In this document: piece by piece, positions 1 through 11,047 of the stretch
How positions within the stretch are numbered: position 1 is the first letter of the stretch
Layout: each line of letters opens with the position of its first letter
Assembly: GCA_965205855.1 (NCBI GenBank)
Contig: OZ242184.1
Coordinates: 886,570 to 950,569, forward strand
Direction: 5' to 3'
DNA from: Thermodesulfobacteriota bacterium
GTDB lineage: Bacteria; Desulfobacterota_D; UBA1144; Nemesobacterales; Mycalebacteriaceae
Length of the DNA stretch: 64,000 bases
Made by a program: the position numbers and the translations under genes
Notes under the pieces: generated by a model
The model's input: only the letters and a program-made list of their open reading frames with translations
The model's database searches: none
What the model was told of the DNA's origin: nothing

Positions 1-913
1 CTCAAAGCGGAATATGTCCGTTGACATTTTCGGAGAGAAATTCTCAATGCCGATTTTTGTGGCTCCGACTGCTTTTCACGGGCTTGCATCACCCGAAGCG
101 GAGATTGCAACTGTAAAAGCCGCAAAAAAGGCACAAACGCTTATGATTCTCAGCACTCTTTCAAACACAACCCTTGAGAATGTGAAAAAAGAGACGTCCG
201 TTCCGCTTTTGTTTCAGCTGTATGTCTACAGAGACAGAAGTGCCACGGCGGAGCTTGTGAAAAGAGCCGAACAAGCGGGATACAAAGCAATTGTTGTTAC
301 GGTGGACGCGCCCATTCTCGGAACGCGCGAACGCGATGTGCGCAACGACTTCAAACTTCCCGAAGGACTGACCATAAGAAACATGACTCCGATGCAACTT
401 GAGAAAATGAGCAAGGAATCCGGCTCCGGTCTCGGCAACTACTTTGCCTCGTCAATAGACCCTTCCCTTTCGTGGAAAGACATTGAATGGCTCAAAAGCA
501 TAACAAAACTTCCCGTTCTCGTGAAGGGAGTTGTTCATCCCGAAGACGCGAAGATTGCGCTTAAAAGCGGAGCGGACGGAATTGTGGTTTCAAATCATGG
601 CGGAAGACAGTTGGATACAAGCCCGGCGACAATAGACGCGCTCCCCGATGTCGCAAAGGCTATGGACGGAAAGGGATTGCTGTTTGTGGACGGCGGGGTA
701 CGGCGCGGAACCGATGTTTTCAAGGCGCTTGCACTTGGAGCGGACGCCGTTCTTGTGGGAAGGCCTGTCCTGTGGGGACTTGCCGCAAGAGGCGAAGAAG
801 GAGCTTCTGCGGTGCTTGAAATCCTCAGAGCCGAGTTTGACAAAACGATGATGCTCTGCGGATTCTGCTCCGTGGATGAGATAAAACGAAAGGGAAAAGA
901 GATTCTGTTTTAG
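1..913 (+). CDS. FMN-dependent alpha-hydroxy-acid dehydrogenase (glycolate oxidase / L-lactate dehydrogenase family), 5'-truncated by window edge
   Basis: ORF 14..913 stays open upstream to base 2. Motifs PIFVAPTA, VSNHGGRQLD and DGGVRRG are typical of the FMN_dh family. About 70 N-terminal residues are missing. Confidence 0.85.
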   Translation, partial: SKRNMSVDIFGEKFSMPIFVAPTAFHGLASPEAEIATVKAAKKAQTLMILSTLSNTTLENVKKETSVPLLFQLYVYRDRSATAELVKRAEQAGYKAIVVTVDAPILGTRERDVRNDFKLPEGLTIRNMTPMQLEKMSKESGSGLGNYFASSIDPSLSWKDIEWLKSITKLPVLVKGVVHPEDAKIALKSGADGIVVSNHGGRQLDTSPATIDALPDVAKAMDGKGLLFVDGGVRRGTDVFKALALGADAVLVGRPVLWGLAARGEEGASAVLEILRAEFDKTMMLCGFCSVDEIKRKGKEILF

Positions 914-923
914 TTTCCTCAGA

Positions 924-1271
924 TTAAAGCAAATTATAAATCAACATAAATACATAGCGCATATTCGGGCTTGTTTTCTGCATGTTAAGTTTTGGCTGAA
1001 GGTTGTTTATGCCCCCGAAAAGAGCGGCGTTGTAGGCTCCCGCTACAATTTTGAACTCTTCAAAATCAACCACCGGCTCATCAGGCACCGAAAGCGGGCG
1101 CACATTCCTTTCCGCTCCGGTGATTTTAATGCCACCCCCCTCAACCCTGGCAAGAAACCATCTCTGAGAATCCGGCAACATATACTCTATGCCGTCTCCG
1201 ACTTTTTTCTTCAATAGTTCCCACTCTTTTTCGGGCGAATCGCCGAAATCCAATTTTCTGTCTTTAAGCAT
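924..1271 (-). CDS. hypothetical protein (115 aa)
   Basis: ORF fills the gap between neighbouring genes. No motif recognised. Confidence 0.45.
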   Translation of the reverse strand: MLKDRKLDFGDSPEKEWELLKKKVGDGIEYMLPDSQRWFLARVEGGGIKITGAERNVRPLSVPDEPVVDFEEFKIVAGAYNAALFGGINNLQPKLNMQKTSPNMRYVFMLIYNLL

Positions 1272-1333
1272 TTTACACTTCCCTTTTTCAGTTGTTTGGC
1301 TTTAATATAACTGACCTATACAATTAGCCGAGT

Positions 1334-2704
1334 ATGGAAAATCAAGAACTGACAGAATCCGTAAAAAAACACATTAAAAACGGAAACAGGGCGGGAATTT
1401 TCCACGCGCTCTCTGAAATTCATCCTTCTGAAATAGCAAAGATTATAGACCCTCTGGAGACCGAAGAGCAGTCTTTTGTGCTTTCCTCCCTCGGAGTTCA
1501 AATATCTTCGGAAGTCATACCAGAGATGGACGAGAATGTCCGCGAAGAACTGCTTTCCAGACTTGATGAACAGCAGATAGCCGATATTGCCGGGAATATG
1601 GATTCGGACGACGCGGCGGATCTCATACAGGAACTGCCTGAAGAAAAAGCCGAAGAGGTTCTTTCCAAAATAGACCCCGAAGAGCTCAGGGAAGTTGAGC
1701 CTCTGCTCAAATACCCCGATGACTCCGCGGGCGGAATCATGCAAACAGAAGTTCTCACTGGAGGCACGGAGTCACCGGTCAGGGAAACCGTTGAGCGGAT
1801 TAGAGAACTCTCCCGTTCAAGAGAGATTGAGGAATACCAGAGAGTCTATGTGGTTGACGACCTGGACAAACTGGTTGGAATGGTCTCCCTTGGAAAACTC
1901 GCGATTTCGGACTCGGCGGCACCTCTGCGCGACATTATGGAGTCGGCAGAGATCACCCTGTCTCCGCTTACGGATCAGGAGGAAACCGCCGTTTTGTTCC
2001 GGAAATACAATCTGCTTTCCGCTCCCGTAATAGACGAAGACGGAAAACTTCTCGGCAGAATAACCGGCGACGACATTATGGATGTCATATCCGAGGAAGC
2101 CGAGGAAGACATATACCAGTTGGTCGGACTGGGAGACCATTTACACCCGATACATACTCCCACCGCGGAAAGAATTAAAGTCAGAATACCCTGGATTATT
2201 CTTACGCTTCTGGGAGAGCTTCTCATAGCGTTTGTGGTTCTGCACAACTTCCAGGTTACGCTTGAGCAGTTTGCCATCCTTGCCGCTTTTATGCCGGCGA
2301 TTATGGCGGCGGGCGGAAACGTCGGGGTTCAGACAAACACGGTTATCATAAGGTCGCTGGGAATGGAAACCATCAGAGGTAGCGGGCAGATATTGTCCAT
2401 CCTCCTCGCTGAAATAAAAGTCGGGTTCATCCTGGGAGTGATATGCGGAGTTATAGGGGCCATTACAGTGGAGCTTATAAATACCAAACCGGAACAGATA
2501 GACAACCTCGCGGTTGGCGCCACGGTTTTTATAGCCATGATTTCGGCAACAGTCGCCACATCTTCAATAGGGGTTTTTCTCCCGATAGTTTTGAAAAAAC
2601 TTAACATAGACCCCGCGGCTTCATCCGGGCCCTTCCTGATGATGTTCAATGACATACTTGGTTCGGTTTTCTACCTCTTTTTGGGAACATTGTTGCTGTT
2701 TTGA
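1334..2704 (+). CDS. mgtE: magnesium transporter MgtE
   Basis: 456 aa. N-terminal acidic MgtE_N region, tandem CBS region and C-terminal 5-TM domain with PAIMAAGGNVGVQT and ASSGPFL motifs. Confidence 0.9.
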   Translation: MENQELTESVKKHIKNGNRAGIFHALSEIHPSEIAKIIDPLETEEQSFVLSSLGVQISSEVIPEMDENVREELLSRLDEQQIADIAGNMDSDDAADLIQELPEEKAEEVLSKIDPEELREVEPLLKYPDDSAGGIMQTEVLTGGTESPVRETVERIRELSRSREIEEYQRVYVVDDLDKLVGMVSLGKLAISDSAAPLRDIMESAEITLSPLTDQEETAVLFRKYNLLSAPVIDEDGKLLGRITGDDIMDVISEEAEEDIYQLVGLGDHLHPIHTPTAERIKVRIPWIILTLLGELLIAFVVLHNFQVTLEQFAILAAFMPAIMAAGGNVGVQTNTVIIRSLGMETIRGSGQILSILLAEIKVGFILGVICGVIGAITVELINTKPEQIDNLAVGATVFIAMISATVATSSIGVFLPIVLKKLNIDPAASSGPFLMMFNDILGSVFYLFLGTLLLF

Positions 2705-3414
2705 CAAACCGCAATATAAAAAGCTGCGAGGCTTTGGTTATAAAAAAAACTCCGCTCGGCGAATCCGATATCGCGGTTGTGTTTTTCACAAAAGAGTTCG
2801 GCAAGCTCAGAGCGACGGCAAAGAATGCGGTTTCGAGCAGAAAAAGATTCGGCGGTCGGCTTGAACTTTTCACCCGTCTGAAAATTGAACTGAGAAAGAC
2901 CCTCGCGGGTACGACAACGCTGGAAAGCGCGGAATTGATAAAGAGTTTTGAAGATGTGGTAAAAGACATGAGAATCTTTCTCAAGGCAAACTGCATTGTT
3001 GAGTTTATAGACGCGGCACTACCGGAAAACGAAGAGCCGTGTGAAATAATGTTCACTGAAGCGCTGAAAGCCTTTTCATCAATGGAAAAAGGAGACGGGA
3101 TTGCGGCGATGATAAAATTCCAAATGGTCTCTCTTGAAACCCTCGGATACGGAGCGGATTTGTCGCGTTGTGGCGAGTGCGAAAGAAATGATTTCGCACG
3201 TGGGTCGCTGGTTTTTTCGACCGGTCTTTTCCTGTGCGACGAGTGCGGACGCAAAGAGGTAGCAAAGCCCGCGAAGAAAATCATGCGCGCAAACGCCCTC
3301 GTAGAAGACGAAGACGCGTTTGAAACCATCAACTGCCTGAACGCTTTCTTTCAATATCAGACGGGAAAAATATTGAAATCCGCGAAAGTTCTGGAGAGTA
3401 TGTTGCTGATATGA
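2701..3414 (+). CDS. recO: DNA repair protein RecO
   Basis: 237 aa. N-terminal OB-fold-like region (ALVIKKTPLGESD) and C4 zinc motif CGECE...CDECG. TTG start overlaps the mgtE stop. Confidence 0.8.
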   Translation: MTNRNIKSCEALVIKKTPLGESDIAVVFFTKEFGKLRATAKNAVSSRKRFGGRLELFTRLKIELRKTLAGTTTLESAELIKSFEDVVKDMRIFLKANCIVEFIDAALPENEEPCEIMFTEALKAFSSMEKGDGIAAMIKFQMVSLETLGYGADLSRCGECERNDFARGSLVFSTGLFLCDECGRKEVAKPAKKIMRANALVEDEDAFETINCLNAFFQYQTGKILKSAKVLESMLLI

Positions 3415-4622
3415 GCGCTGCAAAGTTAAAAAAAAATTCTCCCGTTTCGGTTCCAGGGTTTCTGTTCAGTTCGCTTTCGTGCGGAATAAAAAAAGGCGGA
3501 AAGCCCGATCTCGCGCTTATCTATGCGGAGAAACCCGCGGTCACGGCGGCGATATTCACAAAAAACAGACTCAAGGCCGCTCCGGTTCTTCTGGGAATGA
3601 AGCGCGTAAAACAGGGAAAATGCCAAGCGCTTTTGATAAACAGCGGACATGCGAACGCGATAACCGGAAAGGAAGGCGGCAAAGCGGCGGAATTGACCAC
3701 ACGTGCTCTCGCGGGCAAATTAAAAATTCCCCCCGGCCTTGTCATACCTTCGTCAACGGGACTGATTGGCGGAAGGTTTCCTTCCGGAAAAATTGTAAAA
3801 GCGGTTCCGCGCCTGATTTCACAACTTTCCGCAAGCGGAGCAGACAAAACGGCGCGCGCGATAATGACAACCGACCGGTTTTCAAAAATCTCTTCAAGAA
3901 AAATTAAAATCGGCGGACTTGCGGGAACCGTCTGCGCAATTGGAAAAGGCGCGGGGATGATTGCGCCTGACATGGCGACAATGCTTTGTTTTGTTCTGAC
4001 CGACATAAATATTTCAAAAACTTTCTCCGGAAAAATATTGCGAAAAGCCGCCGATGGCTCATTCAACCGCATAATTGTGGACGGCGATATGTCAACAAAC
4101 GATTCGGTGTTTCTTCTTTCAAGCGGAGAGCTGGGAAACAAAACCCTCGCGCCCGAAAGCACGGACAGCAAACGTTTTGACAAAGCCGTTTGCGAGGTGT
4201 GTTTTGACATCGCGCAAATGATAGTCAGGGACGGCGAAGGGGCGACAAAGACCGCGCGTATTGAAGTTGAAGGAGCAAAAAATGACCGTGATGCGGATAA
4301 AGTCGCGAGGGCTGTGGGTGGGTCTGTCCTTGTAAAATGCGCGCTTTTCGGAGAAGACCCTAATTTTGGCAGATTTGCTGCGGCTGCGGGGAGGTCCGGA
4401 GCGAATTTCAATCCCGCAAAAATGGATATTTTTATCGGCGCACTGAGGGTTGTAAGCGGCGGAAAAGAAATGACAAATGCTGAAAAAAAAGCCGCGGAAA
4501 TAATGAAAAAGGATGATTTGATAATAAAAATCCGCCTTTTCGAAGGAAAAGGAAAAGCGTTTACGCTTGTGTCAGACCTATCACTTGACTATGTGAAACT
4601 GAACTCGGAATATAGGAGTTAA
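3411..4622 (+). CDS. argJ: bifunctional ornithine acetyltransferase / N-acetylglutamate synthase ArgJ
   Basis: 403 aa. ArgJ family with autoprocessing-site context PDMATMLCFVLTD and the MTTDRF motif. Confidence 0.9.
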   Translation: MSAAKLKKNSPVSVPGFLFSSLSCGIKKGGKPDLALIYAEKPAVTAAIFTKNRLKAAPVLLGMKRVKQGKCQALLINSGHANAITGKEGGKAAELTTRALAGKLKIPPGLVIPSSTGLIGGRFPSGKIVKAVPRLISQLSASGADKTARAIMTTDRFSKISSRKIKIGGLAGTVCAIGKGAGMIAPDMATMLCFVLTDINISKTFSGKILRKAADGSFNRIIVDGDMSTNDSVFLLSSGELGNKTLAPESTDSKRFDKAVCEVCFDIAQMIVRDGEGATKTARIEVEGAKNDRDADKVARAVGGSVLVKCALFGEDPNFGRFAAAAGRSGANFNPAKMDIFIGALRVVSGGKEMTNAEKKAAEIMKKDDLIIKIRLFEGKGKAFTLVSDLSLDYVKLNSEYRS

Positions 4623-4644
4623 GTGCCGCCTGAAAATCAGGCAA

Positions 4645-5742
4645 TTATTCCGTCCCCACAATTTCCGCAACAGAGTCAACCCCCTCCCTTTCCATAAAAC
4701 GCGCGATGCCCCTGTTGATTTGAGACGCGACACCGGAGCCCTCTCCCCTTATTGCCGTAAATACCTGAACGGCATTCGCTCCGGCTTTGATTTTCTCAAG
4801 AGCGGTTTTCGTATCCTTTACCCCGCCAGAGCCGATAATTGTCATTTTCCCTCCGGTCTGCGAGCGGATGTATCTAATCCGGTTTGTTGAGAGTTTTCTG
4901 TAACCCTCATCATCACCGCTTATTCCGCCGCTTTCGTCCTTCCATCTTGCGCCGTATTTTGATTTTATCCCGGAAGAACTGGTTGTGTTCGTGGCAATAA
5001 TGCCCGATGCGCCAGTTGTTTCAACCGCTTCAATCACCTCGTCTGTTTCAGAATGTGAAATCTCAGGAGATATTTTCACATAAACAGGAATTTTTTTGTC
5101 TTGTGAGGCAATTGTAACGACACTTTGAAGTATTTGATAAAGTGCATCTCTGCGCTGTAAATCCCTTAATCCCGGCGTATTCGGGGAGCTGACATTAACG
5201 GCGAAATATGACGCGAACGGAAGCAGTTTCCGAGCAACCGCCGCATGGTCTTTCGGAGCGTTTTCCGATGGAACTCCTCTGTTGAAACCGATGCTTATTC
5301 CTATGGGAATTGGGAACGGAGCAGTGTTTTGAAGGTTTTGGGCAACCCCCCCTGCGCCCGGGCTGTTAAAACCGAGCCGATTCAGGAACACTCCGGGGGC
5401 CAGAGAGAAAAGGCGCGGTTTCGGATTTCCGGGTTGGGGATGAAGGGTTACCGAACCAATTTCCACGCAAGAAAAACCGAGAGCGTAGATACCGGAAATT
5501 GCCCTTCCCTTTTTGTCCCAACCCGCCCCGACAATAAGCGGGTTTTCAAGGCGCAGACCGTCAATCTCAACCTCAAGCCGCTTATCTTTGAACCTTCTCC
5601 CGCTGTTTGCGGCAAGCTCGGCAAGCAAAAGCGTAATTCGCGTTTTAGCGGCAAAATGCAACCCTTCAACTGCAAGAAAATGAAGGGTTTCGGAATCTAA
5701 TCTGTCAAGAAACGGGCTTACAAAATTTTTATAGATTGACAT
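4645..5742 (-). CDS. pyrD: dihydroorotate dehydrogenase (quinone), class 2
   Basis: 365 aa. N-terminal membrane-association extension, then LENPLIVGAGWDK, GSVTLHPQPGNPKPRLF and IIGSGGV motifs. Confidence 0.85.
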   Translation of the reverse strand: MSIYKNFVSPFLDRLDSETLHFLAVEGLHFAAKTRITLLLAELAANSGRRFKDKRLEVEIDGLRLENPLIVGAGWDKKGRAISGIYALGFSCVEIGSVTLHPQPGNPKPRLFSLAPGVFLNRLGFNSPGAGGVAQNLQNTAPFPIPIGISIGFNRGVPSENAPKDHAAVARKLLPFASYFAVNVSSPNTPGLRDLQRRDALYQILQSVVTIASQDKKIPVYVKISPEISHSETDEVIEAVETTGASGIIATNTTSSSGIKSKYGARWKDESGGISGDDEGYRKLSTNRIRYIRSQTGGKMTIIGSGGVKDTKTALEKIKAGANAVQVFTAIRGEGSGVASQINRGIARFMEREGVDSVAEIVGTE

Positions 5743-5751
5743 TTCAACCCT

Positions 5752-6837
5752 CTACACATTGAAACGAAAAAGCATAATATCCCCGTCACAAACTTCATAG
5801 CCTTTTCCCTCGGCTCTCATTTTTCCGGCTTCCTTCGCCGCCGATTCGGAACCGGCGACGATGAAATCTTCATATTTTATTGTTTCCGCCCTTATAAAAC
5901 CTTTTTCAAAATCGGAATGAATAACTCCCGCCGCCGCAGGCGCCTTTGTTCCCAGTTTTATAGTCCACGCCTTCACCTCCTTGGGTCCGGCGGTGAAATA
6001 GGTTATAAGTCCCAAGCCTTTGTAAGCCGCTTGCACAAGTTTTTCAAGTCCTGTTCTGTCAATGCCCATTTCATTGAAGAACTCTTCCCTTTCTTCAAGG
6101 TCAAGCCCTGATATTTCTTCTTCTATTTTCGCGCAGATGTTCACTACGGGGCTTGAGGTTTTCTGTGCGTGAAGTTCCACCTGTTTTGAAAATTCGGACT
6201 CCCGCGCCACATCATCAATATTGCACACATACAAAACCGGCTTCGCGGTCAGCAAAAAAAGTTGCTGTTCTTTCTCAATCTCAAGCCAATCACAATGGCC
6301 GCGGACGGAATTGCCGTCTTCAATAAACTCTCTCAGTTTTCTAACATCAGACAGCTGTTTTTTTATGTCTTTGTCGCCGCTTTTGGCTTGCGTAGCAAGT
6401 TTCTGTTCTTTTTTTTCCAGAGTTTCAAGATCTTTCAATATCAGTTCGGTCTCAATTGTCTCAATGTCACGCCCGGGATTCAAAACGCCGTCAACATGCG
6501 TAACATCACCGTCCTCAAAACATCGGACGACATGAACTATTAAATCCATCTCGCGTATATGAGAAAGAAAAGCGTTGCCCTTGCCCTTGCCCTCGGACGC
6601 GCCCTTCACAATTCCCGCGATGTCAACAAACTCGATAAAAGCCGGAACCATTTTTTCGGGTTTCACAAATGACTGTATTTTTTCAAGCCGCTCGTCAGGA
6701 ACCGCAGCAACACCGATGTTCGGCTCTATTGTGCAGAAAGGGAAGTTTGCTGCTTCCGCGTTTCCGTTAGAAAGAGAGTTGAAAAGTGTTGATTTGCCCA
6801 CATTGGGAAGCCCTACCACGCCGCATTTGAGTCCCAT
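5752..6837 (-). CDS. ychF: redox-regulated ATPase YchF (Obg-family GTPase-like)
   Basis: MGLKCGVVGLPNVGKSTLFN P-loop at the N-terminus and a TGS/YchF C-terminal domain. The longer ORF start at 6915 overlaps tRNA-His, so the ATG at 6837 is used. Confidence 0.9.
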   Translation of the reverse strand: MGLKCGVVGLPNVGKSTLFNSLSNGNAEAANFPFCTIEPNIGVAAVPDERLEKIQSFVKPEKMVPAFIEFVDIAGIVKGASEGKGKGNAFLSHIREMDLIVHVVRCFEDGDVTHVDGVLNPGRDIETIETELILKDLETLEKKEQKLATQAKSGDKDIKKQLSDVRKLREFIEDGNSVRGHCDWLEIEKEQQLFLLTAKPVLYVCNIDDVARESEFSKQVELHAQKTSSPVVNICAKIEEEISGLDLEEREEFFNEMGIDRTGLEKLVQAAYKGLGLITYFTAGPKEVKAWTIKLGTKAPAAAGVIHSDFEKGFIRAETIKYEDFIVAGSESAAKEAGKMRAEGKGYEVCDGDIMLFRFNV

Positions 6838-6870
6838 AATTTTTTCTTTCCTGGTATTTCCCTTTAAAAG

Positions 6871-6949
6871 TGGGGTGAATGACCGGATTTGAACCGGCGA
6901 CCTCCGAGGCCACAACTCGGCGCTCTAACCATGCTGAGCTACATCCACC
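6871..6949 (-). tRNA. tRNA-His (GTG)
   Basis: Hand-folded cloverleaf. Acceptor GTGGATG/CATTCAC with extra G-1 paired to discriminator C, anticodon loop TTGTGGC, T-loop GGTTCAAATCC, encoded CCA. Confidence 0.85.
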
Positions 6950-6956
6950 ATATTTT

Positions 6957-7031
<75 letters not shown>

Positions 7032-7054
7032 AATATCGTATCAAATTCCGCAAG

Positions 7055-7131
7055 TGGTCGGGGCGAGAGGGCTCGAACCTCCGACCCCGGCGCCCCAAAC
7101 GCCGTGCGCTACCAAACTGCGCCACGCCCCG
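7055..7131 (-). tRNA. tRNA-Pro (TGG)
   Basis: Acceptor CGGGGCG/CGCCCCG, anticodon stem CGGCG/CGCCG with loop TTTGGGG, T-loop GGTTCGAGCC, encoded CCA. Confidence 0.85.
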
Positions 7132-7151
7132 AATCCGATGCGGTTTTTCCT

Positions 7152-7179
7152 ATTATACATTGAGAAAAAGACGGGACAA
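7152..7179 (-). promoter_or_regulatory. candidate sigma-70-type promoter of the tRNA Pro-Arg-His cluster
   Basis: On the minus strand, TTGTCC-16 nt-TATAAT ends about 20 nt upstream of the tRNA-Pro 5' end. Sequence pattern only. Confidence 0.3.
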
Positions 7180-7208
7180 TGAAAAAAAACAACTGCGGAA
7201 TGCGCATT

Positions 7209-8105
7209 TCAGTTTTCCATTCTGAATTTTTTCCAATATCTGACAAGCCCGCCGGTGTTCATCCCCACAGTGTCGGTCTTTCTGTATGTTTCGAGAAGGT
7301 CTTTGCCGTTTGTACTTTCAGTCACGCGCTTGTCAAGAATGTCCTGAAACTCACGGGTGATTTCGTCTTCGGACGTGCCACTTTCCACTTTTTCACCGAT
7401 CCAGGATGAAAATTCCTCAAGATTTGCGGATAATTCGTCCAGATGCGCTACAACATCGGTCGCGGGTCCAAAATGTGTCGGACAAAGGGTTTCGGGCGCG
7501 ATGCCGCGAATGGTTTTTATGGTTTCCTGCCAGAGTTCTATGTTGATTTCGGGCGGCGGAGTCGGAGGAATCACCGCGCCGCCTTCTATTCTGACACCCG
7601 TGGCGTCTCCCGTGAAAAGAGTTCCGTCTTCTTCGCAAAGGTAGCAGTGGTGGTGCCCCGCATGACCGGGAGTGTCAAAAGCCCGTATTTTTAAATTGCC
7701 TACCGAGACCGTGTCGCCGCCGTTGACAACACGAACTTTGTCCTCCGGCACGGGAAGTACTTCGCCCCAAAGCGTTTTCATTTTGTCTCCGAAAACTCTA
7801 GTGGCAGAGGATACAAGACGTTCGGGCGCGGTTAAATGCACCGCTCCGTTGGGATGAACATACACCCGCGCCCCGTTTTGAGCGTACTTCCACGCGCCGC
7901 CACTGTGATCAAGATGTATGTGAGTTACAAAAACGTGTTTTATATCCCCAAGCGACAAGCCAAGCCGCTCAAGATTTTTTTCAACATTCTGAGATGTGGA
8001 TTCCGGACCGCTCTCTATCAGAACAATGCCATCCGAGCTTTCAAACAAGTATGAGGCGATAACCCGCGGAGAAAGAAAATTGTGGTCTATTATCTTTGCT
8101 CTCAT
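7209..8105 (-). CDS. MBL-fold metallo-hydrolase
   Basis: 298 aa with the [10 protein letters not shown] (HxHxDH) metallo-beta-lactamase motif and downstream His/Asp ligands (TPGHAGHH). Confidence 0.8.
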   Translation of the reverse strand: MRAKIIDHNFLSPRVIASYLFESSDGIVLIESGPESTSQNVEKNLERLGLSLGDIKHVFVTHIHLDHSGGAWKYAQNGARVYVHPNGAVHLTAPERLVSSATRVFGDKMKTLWGEVLPVPEDKVRVVNGGDTVSVGNLKIRAFDTPGHAGHHHCYLCEEDGTLFTGDATGVRIEGGAVIPPTPPPEINIELWQETIKTIRGIAPETLCPTHFGPATDVVAHLDELSANLEEFSSWIGEKVESGTSEDEITREFQDILDKRVTESTNGKDLLETYRKTDTVGMNTGGLVRYWKKFRMEN

Positions 8106-8152
8106 AAATTACAATCTACTATCAGAAGTTTTTTTTACAAGGCGCAAAAACC

Positions 8153-9037
8153 ATGACCCCGATACTCAAATTGAAAACTACGAAAAAATCCGCCGATATA
8201 TGGATAAAACTTGAGAATATAAGCAACTCGGGAAGCTCCAAGGAAAGAATCTGCTCCGCGATAATTTCTGATGCGGAAAACAGAGGGAAACTCCATCCCG
8301 GCAAAACAACCGTGGTTGAGGCGACAAGCGGCAACACGGGCATCGCGCTCTCGCTTGTGTGCGTCGAAAAAGGATACCGCACGACTCTTTTCATGCCCGA
8401 AAACACCGCCGCCGAAAAAAAATCCCTTGCCAGGCTGTTCGGCGCGGAAATTGTTGAAACCCCCTCGGATGAGTCCTTGCGGGGGGCGATAAGAAGAGCC
8501 GGAAAGTTTGCCGCTGAAATGCCGGATGAGCGTTTCTTTGCCAATCAGTTCTCAAACCCGTTGAACCCCGCAACGCACAGGACACAAACCGCGCGTGAAA
8601 TAATCGCTCAGGCAAAACAAAAGGACACCGGTGCAATAGACGCTTTTATAATGGGGGTCGGCACCGGCGGAACAATTACGGGCGTGGGGCTTGAGATTAA
8701 AAATGTATTCCCGAACGCCGAAGTCGTCGCCGTTGAGCCTGAATCTTCGGCGGTTCTCTCCGGCGGAAAGCCCGGGAAACACTCAATTTCTGGCATAGGA
8801 ACGGGTTTTATTCCGGATATTCTGGACACCGGAGCATATAACCGGGTGGTTACCGTAACGGATGGTGAAGCATTGAAGGGAGTCTCCGAACTTGCCCTTA
8901 ACAACGGGATCTTCGCGGGAATTTCATCCGGCGCGAACTATGTCGCCGCATTGAAAATGGCGGAAGAACTGGGTCCGGAAAAACAGGTTTTCACCATCGC
9001 GTGCGATTCGGGAAACCGTTATATTTCAATGAAATAA
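8153..9037 (+). CDS. cysK: cysteine synthase (O-acetylserine sulfhydrylase, PLP-dependent)
   Basis: 294 aa. SGSSKERI PLP-lysine context, TSGNTGIAL, GVGTGGTITG. CysK versus CysM cannot be distinguished by eye. Confidence 0.85.
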   Translation: MTPILKLKTTKKSADIWIKLENISNSGSSKERICSAIISDAENRGKLHPGKTTVVEATSGNTGIALSLVCVEKGYRTTLFMPENTAAEKKSLARLFGAEIVETPSDESLRGAIRRAGKFAAEMPDERFFANQFSNPLNPATHRTQTAREIIAQAKQKDTGAIDAFIMGVGTGGTITGVGLEIKNVFPNAEVVAVEPESSAVLSGGKPGKHSISGIGTGFIPDILDTGAYNRVVTVTDGEALKGVSELALNNGIFAGISSGANYVAALKMAEELGPEKQVFTIACDSGNRYISMK

Positions 9038-9100
9038 AACACGTCCCCACCATAAAGGTTGAAACACATTGTCGCGTATGATATTTTCACAAAATACCCA

Positions 9101-11047
9101 ATGAAAAGTAGCATATTCAAGAATATATTCATCTGGTTGCTGATTTTTGTCGGTCTCGTAGCGTTCTATCAGTTCAGGGGAATGCCGCAAGACAAGCCGC
9201 TGGAAATATCCTACAGCGATTTTCTCGCCCATGTTGAAAACGGGAAAATCAGCAGTGTGGAAATAACCCTTGAAGATAGCTTAATTCAGGGCTCATTTAC
9301 AAAAGGATTTATCCCGCTGCAAGAGGCATTGCCTGAAAACGCCGCGTCTGTACAAGGCGCTGAAGCGAACAAAACCGACCGGTCTGTTACTTTCAAAACA
9401 TTCGGTCCCGTGGAAGAGAACTACCTGCTTCAAACTCTCAGAGAAAACGGAGTAAAGTTCAGTTACGCGAAAAATTCGGGTAGAAGCTTCGGGCAGATTT
9501 TAATAAGCTGGGGACCGTTTCTGCTCCTTATAATACTTATGGTTTTCTTTCTGCGCCAGATTCAGGCAGGCGGCTCAAAAGCGATGTCCTTCGGCAAGAA
9601 CAAGGCTAAAAAACTGGACACTGAAAACAACAAAATAACATTTGACGATGTGGCGGGAATCGAAGAAGCAAAAGAGGAAGTCGGAGAGATAGTAGACTTT
9701 CTGCAAAACCCGGCAAGGTTCACTTCAATAGGAGGCAAAATTCCGAAAGGGGTGTTGCTTGTTGGGCCCCCCGGAACGGGAAAAACCCTTCTCGCCCGCG
9801 CGATTGCGGGAGAAGCCAACGTTCCATTTTTTCTGATAAGCGGAAGTGATTTTGTTGAAATGTTTGTTGGCGTCGGCGCTTCAAGGGTCAGAGACCTTTT
9901 CGCTCAGGCGAAAAAGAGTGCTCCATGCATAATATTTGTGGATGAACTTGACGCGGTCGGCAGGCACAGAGGAGCTGGTCTTGGAGGAGGCCATGATGAA
10001 AGGGAGCAAACCCTCAACCAGCTTCTTGTGGAAATGGACGGCTTTGAAAACAACAGGGGAACAATAGTTATGGCGGCAACAAACCGTCCCGATGTTCTTG
10101 ACCCTGCGCTTCTGCGTCCGGGGAGGTTTGATAGACAGATAGTTGTTTCCAGACCCGACTTCAAAGGACGCAAAGCCATACTTCAGGTTCACTCAAGAAA
10201 AACCCCTCTGCAAACAAATGTGGACCTTGAGGTAATAGCACTGTCAACTCCGGGGTTTTCCGGCGCGGATCTTGAAAACCTTGTGAATGAGTCGGTTCTT
10301 CACGCTGCGCGCAATGGAAACAAGATGGTCTCAATGGAAGACTTTGAATACGCCAAGGACAAAATAATGATGGGTTCGGAAAGAAAAAGTCTTGTCATAA
10401 ATGAGAAAGAGCGGAATATCACTGCTTACCACGAAGCCGGACACGCCGTGGTCGCAAAACTCACTCCGGGCGCGGACCCAGTGCACAAGGTAACAATTAT
10501 TCCGCGTGGAATGGCTCTCGGCCTCACGCAGCAGATACCCAAAGAAGACACATACACACAGTCGCGCTCTTATCTGAACACTTTGATAATGGTGCTGCTC
10601 GGCGGGCGCGCAGCGGAAGAAATCATCTTCGGAGAACGCACAAGCGGAGCCGGAAACGATTTGAAAAGAGTTACCGAAATAGCCAGAAAGATGGTCTGCG
10701 AGTGGGGAATGAGCGAAAAAATAGGCCCCATATCACTCGCGAAAACCGAAGAGCAAGTTTTCCTCGGAAAAGAGTTTGCGAAAGCATTCGACCACAGTCA
10801 GCGGACCGCCGAAAAAATAGACATGGAAATCAAAGCGATTGTGGAAATGAACTATGGGAAAAGCAAAAGGGTTTTGAACAACAACATAGAACTGCTCAAA
10901 TCGGTTGCCAAGAGGCTTTTAAAAAAAGAAAGCATCACCGGCAGGGAAATAGACGAAATAATGGAAGCCTCAAACCTTTTCGTCAAACATTTTAAAGACA
11001 GAAAATCCTCAGAAATGGAATCGGGGCCGCAACAAGCCCGCGCATGA
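9101..11047 (+). CDS. ftsH: ATP-dependent zinc metalloprotease FtsH
   Basis: Two N-terminal TM segments, AAA+ motifs [11 protein letters not shown] and IIFVDELDA, zinc site HEAGHAV. The ATG at 9101 (MKSSIF...) is preferred over the TTG at 9059. Confidence 0.95.
   Translation: MKSSIFKNIFIWLLIFVGLVAFYQFRGMPQDKPLEISYSDFLAHVENGKISSVEITLEDSLIQGSFTKGFIPLQEALPENAASVQGAEANKTDRSVTFKTFGPVEENYLLQTLRENGVKFSYAKNSGRSFGQILISWGPFLLLIILMVFFLRQIQAGGSKAMSFGKNKAKKLDTENNKITFDDVAGIEEAKEEVGEIVDFLQNPARFTSIGGKIPKGVLLVGPPGTGKTLLARAIAGEANVPFFLISGSDFVEMFVGVGASRVRDLFAQAKKSAPCIIFVDELDAVGRHRGAGLGGGHDEREQTLNQLLVEMDGFENNRGTIVMAATNRPDVLDPALLRPGRFDRQIVVSRPDFKGRKAILQVHSRKTPLQTNVDLEVIALSTPGFSGADLENLVNESVLHAARNGNKMVSMEDFEYAKDKIMMGSERKSLVINEKERNITAYHEAGHAVVAKLTPGADPVHKVTIIPRGMALGLTQQIPKEDTYTQSRSYLNTLIMVLLGGRAAEEIIFGERTSGAGNDLKRVTEIARKMVCEWGMSEKIGPISLAKTEEQVFLGKEFAKAFDHSQRTAEKIDMEIKAIVEMNYGKSKRVLNNNIELLKSVAKRLLKKESITGREIDEIMEASNLFVKHFKDRKSSEMESGPQQARA

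Noticed and set aside
3521-4411. 296-aa ORF antisense to argJ, and similar long shadow ORFs such as 29689..30684 inside ahcY, 14081..14740 inside glmM, 34515..35315 inside the MDR dehydrogenase and 60573..61229 inside mutL
   Set aside because: They lie entirely opposite genes with unmistakable family motifs. Their translations are low-complexity (Ser/Pro/Arg/Ala-rich) with no recognisable domains. This is typical of antisense frames that are open by chance.
6838-6915. 26-codon N-terminal extension of the ychF ORF
   Set aside because: It overlaps tRNA-His (6871..6949), and the YchF P-loop follows immediately after the internal Met at 6837.
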